Shown piece after piece: positions 50,682-59,236 of a stretch of DNA of 64,000 nt. The stretch is from Candidatus Peribacteraceae bacterium. GTDB taxonomy: Bacteria; Patescibacteriota; Gracilibacteria; Peribacterales; Peribacteraceae. The notes under the pieces are model-generated. The model was not told the origin of the DNA. It ran no database searches and saw nothing but the letters and a program-made list of their open reading frames with translations. Position 1 is the stretch's first letter, and each line of letters begins with the position of its first letter. The stretch is taken from positions 8,178 to 72,177 of the forward strand of contig DASZVA010000010.1 of the NCBI GenBank assembly GCA_035547395.1, written 5' to 3'. Both the position numbers and the translations under genes were made by a program.

Positions 50682-53600
50682 TTAACTTTGTGGATTAATT
50701 CTGTAGATAGTAATAGAGTTAAGGATTTGTGCTAAATGATCAAATGTAAAATAATGCAATCTAACAGTATTGTCATCCATTCCACTAACTCTAAGTCCCC
50801 AGTTTGAGTCGTACACCCAAACTCCATTTGCATCTATTCTATCTATTATTGCTGTGTGTGGCGTTTCTTCGGCACCAAGAATTGCATCCATTTGAATAAC
50901 GTCCCCGCTCAATTTATTTTGGAAATAATTTTTAACATCCGCAGTAGATTTAGTTGAATTCACAAATTCTCCTAGTGAAGTTACGTCATTTGAATCGAAC
51001 CATTCGTCATAAACATATTGAATATTTCCGTTTGTATCCATGACATATTTATTTCCGGGAAGAGTAATTTTTCCATTAAATACATTTTCAATTATTGACT
51101 CTGCCCATTGTTTACAAGATTCACCTGATTTTTCAGTTGCCATAAACTCTGTAGGAGAGACTACCTGTAAAGTTGGAAGTATTGTATTGCGTAGATAAGT
51201 CAGTATTTCTTGATTAGGAATCGGCAATTGCTCCATGGCTCCATCGACAGGGACAGTGATTTCTGTAGATTTGTCTCCGACATGTGTCTGCAAACTTTGT
51301 GCATTTTGAGAATCTTCTTTTCCAAACCACGCCGCGATTTTTATTTGTATCGGGCCGTGTGAAAAAGGCATTTGATCATTAATATCTTTGATCGGAATGC
51401 GAATGAATAGCTGGTTATCGATTTCGCTTCCAACTGGAACATCCGAGTACTGTGATCCTTGATACATTATGTATGCGGAAGCATGACCGTACGTCCAATC
51501 AGCCGCAGCCATGTCGAATCGAACACGAATACAGTCTTTGCCATCGGGAGTCATGTCGTAAATATTCGTAACAAATATTTGTGGATCGCTGCCGGGCGCA
51601 TTACTTGCTGCGAATATTTCATTATAGCCCGCTTTCTGGCTAAACAATTCCATTAATTGGGAAGCACGTGTGGAGATTGTACTGTTTTCTACGACCTGCA
51701 TAATTTTGAACCATGGAATATCCGTAATATCGGCAACCTCTTTTGAGTAAGTAATTTGCTGTCCAAGATCCGATGTCCCGTTCAATTTCTGAAGCAATCC
51801 AAGGAAGATTTTGCCAACTATGGTATCCGATCGCACATCAAAATCAGGATGACTGCCAAATGGATCGAACCATTCCTGTACGTCTTTGAACTCATCTGCA
51901 ATCGTCATCGAAGGAGTGGAAGCAGTTATTCCGAAGCCATTAGCGTCTGCCTTTGGTACACCGAATGTGTCTGTTATGAGATTACCAATAGCAGTCTGAA
52001 GGGAGCTCAAACCTGTATTCGCATCAAATCCGGCATTTGTCAGCAATTCAGATTTTTGATTGATGCATCTCAGTATTGTATCTGCATCACTGTTATCCAA
52101 TTCTCCATTAGAAACCGCTGACGCGACACTTGTCCGGATATCATCCTGATGCGCCGTAACATAATCATCCACCGCCTGCTTTTGCGCGGTGTCATCTGCT
52201 AGCTGGTTCAATGCCTGTGTCTGCTGTACTGGATCTGTGACCGTGGCGGTTATTTGTGCGACGCCGATCGCGAGTTCCTGTTTGCGGGCATCGCGCAATG
52301 CGACGATGCGCGGGTCATTTGAATTATTGAGTGTATTGAGGATCTTCGTCGCGAGGCGAATCTGACTCGAATCCATATCAGACGGCGGGGGCGTGTAATT
52401 GTTTCCGCTCGCCACCACCCAATCTCCTTCCGCCGTCTGGCGCAGTCCCTTCTCCCTCAAAAAGTCGTCGTGTTCCCGTTGCGTGAGCACGTCCTGCTCA
52501 GTCTGGATAAGCTGCTGATATTCGTTGTTGTAGAGTCTCTTCGCCGCTTCCATGATCGCGCCGCAGGAAGGAAGCGATATGCCGAGGGAGGAGAGTCCGC
52601 CCAGCTTCATGTAGTCCGATTGATAGATGGCGAGATGGTTCACGTTATTCCAGCGGTCGAGGCATTGCTGAACGGCTTCGAACTGCTGTTGCTGATTGCC
52701 GCCGTGCAGAATCTGGATGATGCCGTTGATGGCCGTTTGCATCACATCGCTCATTGCTTTTTCGTACACGCCGAGGTCGTCCCGCATCGTGTTGACGTAA
52801 TCGTTCATGCCGTTGACGAACATGTCCTGCGCCTGCCCGCGGCTGTAGCTGTGGCCGATTTTGTCCCACATTGCATCGACGGACGCTTCAAAATTTTCCG
52901 GACGGTATTCCGGATGCACCTGCAGTATGCGATTCATGAGATCCTCGCCCCCGCCGATGAAGAAATTATAAGGAGCCGGCAAGGTGGCGGTGTCCCAGTA
53001 CAGACGCGTTTTTTCGATCTGATTGATTTGCACGTCGCCCATGTATGCGCTTGCCACGCTCAAGAAATTGTCGAAGGTCTGCGTGCCTTCGGCCGTGCTT
53101 TGATCGCCGGCATAGAGATTCGATGGATCACACGTAACGGTCTGACTCGATTGATCCCAATGAAACGTCAGCGTGTGGATAATCATGCCGCCCTGTGCGT
53201 TACAAAGCTGCAGTTGATAATCGCCGGTCGGCCTGTTCGCATCGACCGTAATGCGCATGAGCGAAAAGGTGCTGCCACCCGGGCAAGAGCTGAGTGCTGT
53301 GGACAGGAATCCTCCCATATTGGTTTGCACGTAAGCGTTGTCGTGCGGCGTTTGTATATCCAGGAGCATGTTGGGACCGGACGTTTTCACGATCTTCATG
53401 TCGGGTTGGATGGGATCCGTTTCGAGCATTCCTGTTTCCACGTAGTCAAAAGGCAATTGCTGCGTAGAAACGCCGCCATTGTTGTTGTCATAGTTGTAGT
53501 AAGCGTTCACGGATTTAAGTACCTTGCCGGTTGCTGCATCGATCATGTCGAATGTCACGGAACTGCTCCCTCTATTTGCTGCCATTTCCAGTGAAAACGA

Positions 53601-55160
53601 ACAAGTCGTATCCAGACACCCTCCCGCTTGGTTCAATTCGTATACATGTGATTCTCGATCGCCACTGTATCCATAGATGACATTCATGCGGATCAGCGTG
53701 TCGTCGACGGGAGTTGCAAATCGCACATTGAAAATCGTACTTCTGCCGTTGGGCGTAGTATCGATGTACATTTTTGGGTAGAGCGTTTCAGCCTGTTCGC
53801 TTAGTGTCTGCGACACGGTCGTTGCTAGATCACTGGCGAGAGAGGCTGCATTCTGCACATTGTCCTGTGCTGTCAGCTTCTGCACTATTGTCGCTTTCTG
53901 CAGTTCATTCTGTCTCAGCTGCGCTACGGACAGCGTATAGATGGTCTCATCAAGATCCTCTTGTGTATCCGCCTGTGTCTTCAGGAGAGCATCCACTGCT
54001 TTCTGTTTCGCTGCATAGTCGTTGTGTGCGGCGCCGTCAGCATTCTTTGCGGCAGCCTGCGTCGCCTGATCCTTCTCCAGGATATCATCGTCCTTCTTTT
54101 GTTCATCCTGCACTTGTTGCAATGCTTGTTTCGCTTGTGCATCTGCGCGCTCCAGAGCGGGCCTGCTGTACCAGTCTTTGCAATACTGCTGAAAAGCCTG
54201 CGTGTACAAACTCTCCAGTTGGTACATATGATTCAGCGTGTCGCGATAGTCCTGGCTGTTGCGTGGCGTTCTCCATAAATGCATCCACTCTCCGTACAGT
54301 TTCTCGTAAATATTCTGTAAATTGCTACGGTCTGCAACCAGTTGTTCAGGAAGTGAGGTTAGTGCTTTGTCGGCTGTAAGAAGAGCATCCTTTGCCTGCG
54401 CCACGCGTGCCGCGACAGCGTCAGAGGCGGCTTGATCATCCGACATGGCATTGCTTGCCATGTTCAGCGCATCATCCGCTGCTTTCATGTGATCTGATGC
54501 AGTCTGGAGCGCCGCCTGCGCTGCAACGATCTTCGGACCGAGATCGTCGAGTATCTGCTGATCGCTTCCTTGTACATCCGCCAGATTGTGCACCAACGTC
54601 GTTACCTGATCTTCCGTCATGCCCGCGATCTGCTGACTGGTATAGGCGGGTAAGAGAGTGTGCGCGGCATCTCCTGATCCATCCATCACAGCGCGCACTT
54701 CCAGCGATTGCATACCGAGGTGTGTATACGTATTCGCGCGGCGTCTTCGTACCGGCTCCCAGCCCAGCATGGTTTTCATCCGCTGCATAAATGTCGTCGT
54801 GTTTTCCCGGACTCGTTTTTCCGGTCCGGTCTTTCTGGGGGGATCGATCGGGTCGGATGTCCGCACCCGATCCATCTGCACGGTCATTTTCTCTTCCAGT
54901 TGTCTTTTCATTTCATTGCTCAGAGAGGCACTCGCTGCAATGGAGCGGACGATCTCGCGCATCTGTTCGTTTTTCATGCCTCTATGCACACATTGCTCCA
55001 CCCAGCGTTCCCATTCCCGATCATCCGCGAATTGCAAAAATGCCGCATCCATCAAGGACGGCTGGTTCGCCGGACCCGTGTTGATGCTGAGTGCGTCCGC
55101 GGGGACGACGGCGTCGGAAACGGGGATAGAGAGACTGTCGGTCGGTTTGTGCGGAGCCAT
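50682..55160 (-). CDS. 1492-aa protein: coiled-coil N-half, C-terminal CHAP-like amidase/peptidase
   Basis: Long uninterrupted ORF; C-terminal GESCKQWA...GDVIQ...PHTAII...VYDSNW; Ala/Gln coiled coil at about aa 200-440. Confidence 0.8.
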   Translation of the reverse strand: MAPHKPTDSLSIPVSDAVVPADALSINTGPANQPSLMDAAFLQFADDREWERWVEQCVHRGMKNEQMREIVRSIAASASLSNEMKRQLEEKMTVQMDRVRTSDPIDPPRKTGPEKRVRENTTTFMQRMKTMLGWEPVRRRRANTYTHLGMQSLEVRAVMDGSGDAAHTLLPAYTSQQIAGMTEDQVTTLVHNLADVQGSDQQILDDLGPKIVAAQAALQTASDHMKAADDALNMASNAMSDDQAASDAVAARVAQAKDALLTADKALTSLPEQLVADRSNLQNIYEKLYGEWMHLWRTPRNSQDYRDTLNHMYQLESLYTQAFQQYCKDWYSRPALERADAQAKQALQQVQDEQKKDDDILEKDQATQAAAKNADGAAHNDYAAKQKAVDALLKTQADTQEDLDETIYTLSVAQLRQNELQKATIVQKLTAQDNVQNAASLASDLATTVSQTLSEQAETLYPKMYIDTTPNGRSTIFNVRFATPVDDTLIRMNVIYGYSGDRESHVYELNQAGGCLDTTCSFSLEMAANRGSSSVTFDMIDAATGKVLKSVNAYYNYDNNNGGVSTQQLPFDYVETGMLETDPIQPDMKIVKTSGPNMLLDIQTPHDNAYVQTNMGGFLSTALSSCPGGSTFSLMRITVDANRPTGDYQLQLCNAQGGMIIHTLTFHWDQSSQTVTCDPSNLYAGDQSTAEGTQTFDNFLSVASAYMGDVQINQIEKTRLYWDTATLPAPYNFFIGGGEDLMNRILQVHPEYRPENFEASVDAMWDKIGHSYSRGQAQDMFVNGMNDYVNTMRDDLGVYEKAMSDVMQTAINGIIQILHGGNQQQQFEAVQQCLDRWNNVNHLAIYQSDYMKLGGLSSLGISLPSCGAIMEAAKRLYNNEYQQLIQTEQDVLTQREHDDFLREKGLRQTAEGDWVVASGNNYTPPPSDMDSSQIRLATKILNTLNNSNDPRIVALRDARKQELAIGVAQITATVTDPVQQTQALNQLADDTAQKQAVDDYVTAHQDDIRTSVASAVSNGELDNSDADTILRCINQKSELLTNAGFDANTGLSSLQTAIGNLITDTFGVPKADANGFGITASTPSMTIADEFKDVQEWFDPFGSHPDFDVRSDTIVGKIFLGLLQKLNGTSDLGQQITYSKEVADITDIPWFKIMQVVENSTISTRASQLMELFSQKAGYNEIFAASNAPGSDPQIFVTNIYDMTPDGKDCIRVRFDMAAADWTYGHASAYIMYQGSQYSDVPVGSEIDNQLFIRIPIKDINDQMPFSHGPIQIKIAAWFGKEDSQNAQSLQTHVGDKSTEITVPVDGAMEQLPIPNQEILTYLRNTILPTLQVVSPTEFMATEKSGESCKQWAESIIENVFNGKITLPGNKYVMDTNGNIQYVYDEWFDSNDVTSLGEFVNSTKSTADVKNYFQNKLSGDVIQMDAILGAEETPHTAIIDRIDANGVWVYDSNWGLRVSGMDDNTVRLHYFTFDHLAQILNSITIYRINPQS

Positions 55161-55315
55161 GAGAAGTGGTGGAAAGAAACGCCCTCATGATCCGTGCGCT
55201 CCGTGCAGGAGAGTAGATGCCTTTTGGGATCTTCTTTTTCTTACATATTAAAAATGGCTTCTATCAGCCAAAATTTAGTGTTCTATCCGGCTTCAGAACG
55301 CCCTGTCGTCCAATA

Positions 55316-55343
55316 TTGACAAATAAAATATACATTCTATAAT
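55316..55343 (+). promoter_or_regulatory. Consensus sigma-70 promoter
   Basis: TTGACA-16 nt-TATAAT. Confidence 0.75.
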
Positions 55344-55406
55344 ATCAAATAGTCGATCACAGGAGTGATCGGTACGGAACTCTCGTTCATTTACTGGAGG
55401 TGCGTC

Positions 55407-55700
55407 ATGACGCGGAAAATCGTCTGTGCGATGTTTGTGGTGGCGATGATGACTCTGATCCCCGCTATGTATTCCAGGATGGCCGGGGCAGACGCTCCAC
55501 GACCGGACGCGATCGTCGCCAACAGTTGCACCTGCAACGCCTGCGACGGCAATTGCGGCCACGGGTGCTCATGTCCGCTCTGCTCCCGCTCTGTCAGGAA
55601 CGAAGCGGCGCTCATCCGCGCCCGCCGGCTCCTGCAGCGCTACCGCCACTGGCGCATGCAGTGGCGATCGACCACGGGCTTGGAGCAGGCCAGCACCTGA
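55407..55700 (+). CDS. Small secreted Cys-rich (metallothionein-like) protein
   Basis: GGAGG SD; hydrophobic N-terminus; CTCNACDGNCGHGCSCPLC; Arg-rich tail; own promoter and terminator. Confidence 0.7.
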   Translation: MTRKIVCAMFVVAMMTLIPAMYSRMAGADAPRPDAIVANSCTCNACDGNCGHGCSCPLCSRSVRNEAALIRARRLLQRYRHWRMQWRSTTGLEQAST

Positions 55701-55719
55701 CTCCGTCGGTTCCGTTTCC

Positions 55720-55753
55720 GTCCTTCTCCTTGCGGGGAGAGGGACCCTTTTTT
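55720..55753 (+). terminator. Intrinsic terminator
   Basis: GTCCTTCTCC/GGAGAGGGAC stem followed by a T-tract. Confidence 0.7.
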
Positions 55754-55793
55754 ATCTGCATCCGATTCAATAATCAGGTATCATCACCCATCG

Positions 55794-57545
55794 ATGACCA
55801 ACGCAGAAATCGCCGACGTCTTTGAGCAAATTGCAAAGGTGCTCGATCTGCAGGGTGAGAATCCGTTCCGCATCCGCGCGTACGATCGTGCCGCGCAGAC
55901 GATCACGGCACTCAGTGAAGAACTCAAAAATATCTACGCACGCGGCGGACACGATGCGCTGCTGGAGATCCCCGGGATCGGTCAGGATCTCTCGGACAAG
56001 ATTGTCGAACTCCTGAAGACGGGGAAATTGAAATACCTCGCGGAGGTGCAGAAGAAACTCCCCAAAGGACTCTTCGACATCATGGAAGTGCCGGGCATGG
56101 GTCCCAAGAAGACGAAGTTTCTGTGGGAGACGTTCAAGGTGAAGGATTTGAAGGACCTGGAAGCACTCGCAAAATCAGACAAACTCATCGGCCGCAAGGG
56201 CTGGGGGCCGAAATCGATCGAAAATATTCTGACCGGCATCGAGGCGAAGAAAACCCACGGCTCGCGCGTGGCTCTCCCGATCGCGTTTGTCATCGCGGAA
56301 CAGATTGCAAACGAACTGCGCGCGACGAAGCTCTGCACCAAAGTGGAAGTCGCCGGCAGCGTGCGGCGCAGAAAGGAAACCATCGGCGACATCGACATCC
56401 TCGTTGCGAGCAAAAAACCGACGCAGGTGATGGACGTGTTCTGCAATTACGACGACGTGGAAGCGGTGGTCGCGAAGGGGCCGACCAAATCGAGCGTGCG
56501 GCTCAAGAGCGGACTCAATGCCGATCTGCGCGTGGTGGATGAGAACGTGTTCGGCGCGGCATGGCATTACTTCACCGGCAGTAAGGATCACAATGTGCAC
56601 GTGCGCAGGATCGGCTTGGAAAAGGGATTCACGATTTCGGAATATGGCGTCTACAAAGGAACGGCCAAGGAGAAAGGAAAATTGCTCGCGTCGAAAACGG
56701 AGGAGGACGTCTACAAGGCGGTGGGACTTCCTTATATAGAGCCGGAGCTTCGGGAGGATCGCGGCGAGATCGAGGCTGCGTACAAGGGAAAACTTCCGCA
56801 TCTCATCGAACTCACGGACATCAAAGGCGATCTGCATCTGCACAGCAATTTCAGTGATGGATCCGCGACGATGATCGACATGGCCCGGGCCGCCAAGGAA
56901 CTGGGGCATCAGTACATCGCGATCACCGATCACGGATCGCCGATGGGCATGGTGTATGGCATCAAGGAAAAAAATATTAAAGAGTATCTGAAAAAAATTA
57001 ATGAAGCGCGCAAGGCTGTCTCCGGCATTCATATTCTCGCCGGCACGGAAGTCGACATTCTGGAAGACGGCAGTTTGTATCTGCCGGACAAGATCCTCAA
57101 GCAGCTCGACTGGGTGGTGGCGTCGGTCCATGGAAATTTCAAGATGCCGCCTGCCGCGATGACCAAAAGAATTCTGAAGGCGATCGAGAATCCCTACGTC
57201 GACATCATCGCACACCCGACGTCGCGATTACTCCTCAAACGCGAGCCGATCGAATACGACATGGACGCGGTGATGAAAGCGGCAGCGAAGAGGGGAGTCT
57301 TGATGGAGCTCAATGCATCGATCTATCGATTGGATCTCAACGACATTCACTGCAAACGTGCGAAGGAACTCGGCGTGATGCTGAGTATCGATTCCGACGC
57401 GCATCACTTCCGCGAGTACGACTACCGCTTCGGCATCACGCAGGCGCGAAGAGGCTGGATCGAGAAAAAAGACGTCCTCAACACGAAAACGTGGAAGGAA
57501 CTCGAAGTGTTTTTGAAGAAGAGGAAGAAGGGATTCAACGGGTGA
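55794..57545 (+). CDS. polX: DNA polymerase X with PHP 3'-5' exonuclease
   Basis: NPFR.RAY, AGS.RR..ETIGDIDIL, FTGSK.HN, PHP motifs DLH.HS, TDH, AHP, DSDAH. Confidence 0.96.
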   Translation: MTNAEIADVFEQIAKVLDLQGENPFRIRAYDRAAQTITALSEELKNIYARGGHDALLEIPGIGQDLSDKIVELLKTGKLKYLAEVQKKLPKGLFDIMEVPGMGPKKTKFLWETFKVKDLKDLEALAKSDKLIGRKGWGPKSIENILTGIEAKKTHGSRVALPIAFVIAEQIANELRATKLCTKVEVAGSVRRRKETIGDIDILVASKKPTQVMDVFCNYDDVEAVVAKGPTKSSVRLKSGLNADLRVVDENVFGAAWHYFTGSKDHNVHVRRIGLEKGFTISEYGVYKGTAKEKGKLLASKTEEDVYKAVGLPYIEPELREDRGEIEAAYKGKLPHLIELTDIKGDLHLHSNFSDGSATMIDMARAAKELGHQYIAITDHGSPMGMVYGIKEKNIKEYLKKINEARKAVSGIHILAGTEVDILEDGSLYLPDKILKQLDWVVASVHGNFKMPPAAMTKRILKAIENPYVDIIAHPTSRLLLKREPIEYDMDAVMKAAAKRGVLMELNASIYRLDLNDIHCKRAKELGVMLSIDSDAHHFREYDYRFGITQARRGWIEKKDVLNTKTWKELEVFLKKRKKGFNG

Positions 57546-57551
57546 TAGGAA

Positions 57552-57575
57552 AAAGCGGACCCGGAAGTCCGCTTT
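57552..57575. terminator. Bidirectional terminator
   Basis: AAAGCGGAC-ccggaa-GTCCGCTTT between convergent genes. Confidence 0.7.
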
Positions 57576-57585
57576 ATCCGCATTC

Positions 57586-58395
57586 TTAAATCCGCCCCTT
57601 TCTTTTGCCCGACCCGCCGAAGTGGATACCTTGCGACACGATATTTTGAAGCAGCGGGCGGATTTGTTCATGAATGTTCACGATACTGCTGTCTTCCCAC
57701 ACGTCCTCTTCAAGCGCGTTGTAGAGAGGGGCGGAATTGATGACGTTTTCATATGCGTGATCGCTGCCATAAGCAAATGCACGCGAGAAGGTACGAATGA
57801 GTAGTTGATCGACTTCAGCTTCATAACCTTCCCGTACGCCTGAGAGAAACTCGTCCTGCTCTTTCGTGCGGGTCGCTTCGAAGACGCCGATCAATTCCCG
57901 GCCGCGCGCCTGGTGTAGTTCATCGAGACCATGGCGGAACTGGCTGCCTTCTTCATCCGCAAGACGAATCTTTGCGAGAAAGAATTGGAGTGGAGCATCT
58001 CTTTTCTTTCTCTTTGCGATGTGAAACAAATATTTGGAATGCTCCAACTGTCCTGTCCATTCTTTGGGCTTTGCATCCGGATCCGTGACTCCATGGGTCT
58101 CTTTGGTTCCCGCAGCAATGGCAAGACGGTCTGACAGATCGCGGGTGATTTTCACAATCTCCGATCTGCGTTCCTTCGTCGCCTCATTAATGTGATAATC
58201 AATCCAGGATAATTTGGAGAGTTTCTGCTCCAGGAGGAAATCGAATGTATCCAGATACTCGATCAGCTGCGTGCGTGTTTTTTGCTGGATGGCCTCGAGG
58301 ACGGTTGCGTGAAGAAAGGCTATGGTTTCGCACTCCAGAGTATCGAACTGATCGAGGGGAATCGACGAGCCGTAGATGGTGCTGTATGCGTTCAT
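57586..58395 (-). CDS. Hypothetical soluble protein downstream of tandem SAM-I riboswitches
   Basis: 269-aa ORF with no recognisable family, no internal Met and one Cys. Confidence 0.75.
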   Translation of the reverse strand: MNAYSTIYGSSIPLDQFDTLECETIAFLHATVLEAIQQKTRTQLIEYLDTFDFLLEQKLSKLSWIDYHINEATKERRSEIVKITRDLSDRLAIAAGTKETHGVTDPDAKPKEWTGQLEHSKYLFHIAKRKKRDAPLQFFLAKIRLADEEGSQFRHGLDELHQARGRELIGVFEATRTKEQDEFLSGVREGYEAEVDQLLIRTFSRAFAYGSDHAYENVINSAPLYNALEEDVWEDSSIVNIHEQIRPLLQNIVSQGIHFGGSGKRKGRI

Positions 58396-58447
58396 GGGAT
58401 AGGGGGAATGAAAATAAATTCCTCCTATCGGGCGAACATCATGTGAT

Positions 58448-58556
58448 GTATCTGTCCCGATGAGGGCATGGAAGGGGCACTGATCGCCGCGTTGATGGTC
58501 GCGGGAAGTTGCCGGATGAGTCGTCGAGCCATGTCTCTCGTCATCACTCTTGATAC
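58448..58556 (-). ncRNA. SAM-I riboswitch aptamer 2 (gene-proximal, probably translational)
   Basis: Minus strand: GTATC-AAGAG, GATGA-CGAGAGACATGGCTCGACGAC-TCATC, CGGCAAC...AGTGCC, CCTTCC, P4 CCC-TCATC-GGG, AGATAC. Matches the SAM-I consensus. Confidence 0.85.
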
Positions 58557-58586
58557 GATGCTTGAAAGAACGAAGGAGCCGGCGGT

Positions 58587-58607
58587 TTACATGGCGGTCA
58601 TGAGCAT
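58587..58607 (-). CDS. Met-rich leader peptide MLMTAM (uORF)
   Basis: ATG CTC ATG ACC GCC ATG TAA, preceded by the genome's typical pyrimidine-rich initiation region. Confidence 0.65.
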   Translation of the reverse strand: MLMTAM

Positions 58608-58638
58608 GGCGGTGTGGGGAAGGAAATGAAGCGGAATC

Positions 58639-58663
58639 AAAAACGCTCTCCCGGGGAAGAGCG
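58639..58663 (-). terminator. Riboswitch-controlled intrinsic terminator
   Basis: CGCTCTTCCCCGGGAGAGCG-TTTTT; the 5' arm TCTTCCCC is complementary to GGGGAAGA at the aptamer 3' end (antiterminator). Confidence 0.85.
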
Positions 58664-58674
58664 ACTGGTTGCTT

Positions 58675-58775
58675 CTATCTTCCCCCTTTCGGGGCTGGAG
58701 TTCCCACCGTTTCCCTCTCGGGATGGTTGGGGGACGTCTGTAGCGGGCCAGTTCCCTCGACGTCTCTCGTGATAG
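58675..58775 (-). ncRNA. SAM-I riboswitch aptamer 1 (transcriptional)
   Basis: Minus strand: CTATC-ACGAG, GACGTC-GAGGGAACTGGCCC-GACGTC, CCCAACC...GGTGGG, AACTCC, CCCC-GAAA-GGGG, AAGATAG. Confidence 0.92.
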
Positions 58776-58829
58776 CGATGATGTGACATCATGAAAGCAT
58801 GATTTTTCGCATAAATCAAGCAAAATCGT

Positions 58830-58976
58830 TCATTCCTTGCCTCCATCGCAGCACGTCTCGCACAGAACTCCGCATTGCGAACAATGCTTCTTGAGCCTGC
58901 GTTCGATGAGCGCTGCGCCGCAGACCGGACATCGGTCATCGCAAGCATTTTCTTTTATGGTCGCAGGTTCCACCAT
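58830..58976 (-). CDS. Small Cys-rich zinc-finger microprotein (48 aa)
   Basis: MVEPATIKENACDDRCPVCGAALIERRLKKHCSQCGVLCETCCDGGKE; CPxCG and CxxCG knuckles. Confidence 0.65.
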   Translation of the reverse strand: MVEPATIKENACDDRCPVCGAALIERRLKKHCSQCGVLCETCCDGGKE

Positions 58977-59161
58977 GTGCCGATGAGCGAAAGTCCCATC
59001 ACGATGAAGAAGATCGCGACGAGGTAGGCGAGCAGATCCGGCGCGATCAGGATCGCGATGCCGAAGGCGAGGGCGAGAATGCCGCCTGACAAAAACGACG
59101 TGCCGATGATGCGCGAGCCGGTGGTGGACAGTCCCTGGGGTCTGCGGAAGAAGAAGAACAT
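58955..59161 (-). CDS. Small 2-TM membrane protein
   Basis: GI.ILI.P.LLAY.VA..F pattern; TATACT 6 nt before the ATG. Confidence 0.7.
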   Translation of the reverse strand: MFFFFRRPQGLSTTGSRIIGTSFLSGGILALAFGIAILIAPDLLAYLVAIFFIVMGLSLIGTWWNLRP

Positions 59162-59236
59162 GAAAAAAGTATACCATGCGCGAAATGCGTGCAGCGATCT
59201 TGCGTCTGCCCCTAAGCAGAACATACTCTTGACCGG

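Noticed and set aside
42360-55160. Transposon or IS boundaries for the AT-rich island
   Set aside because: No transposase, integrase, terminal inverted repeats or target duplication could be identified by eye.
58733-58766. MetJ Met-box-like AGACGTC sequences
   Set aside because: They are the two arms of riboswitch P2, not tandem 8-bp boxes. MetJ is not expected in this lineage.
49273-58775. Functional link between the AdoMetDC-like gene and the SAM riboswitches
   Set aside because: They are about 8 kb apart, separated by oppositely oriented genes and terminators, and differ in base composition. There is no evidence of co-regulation.
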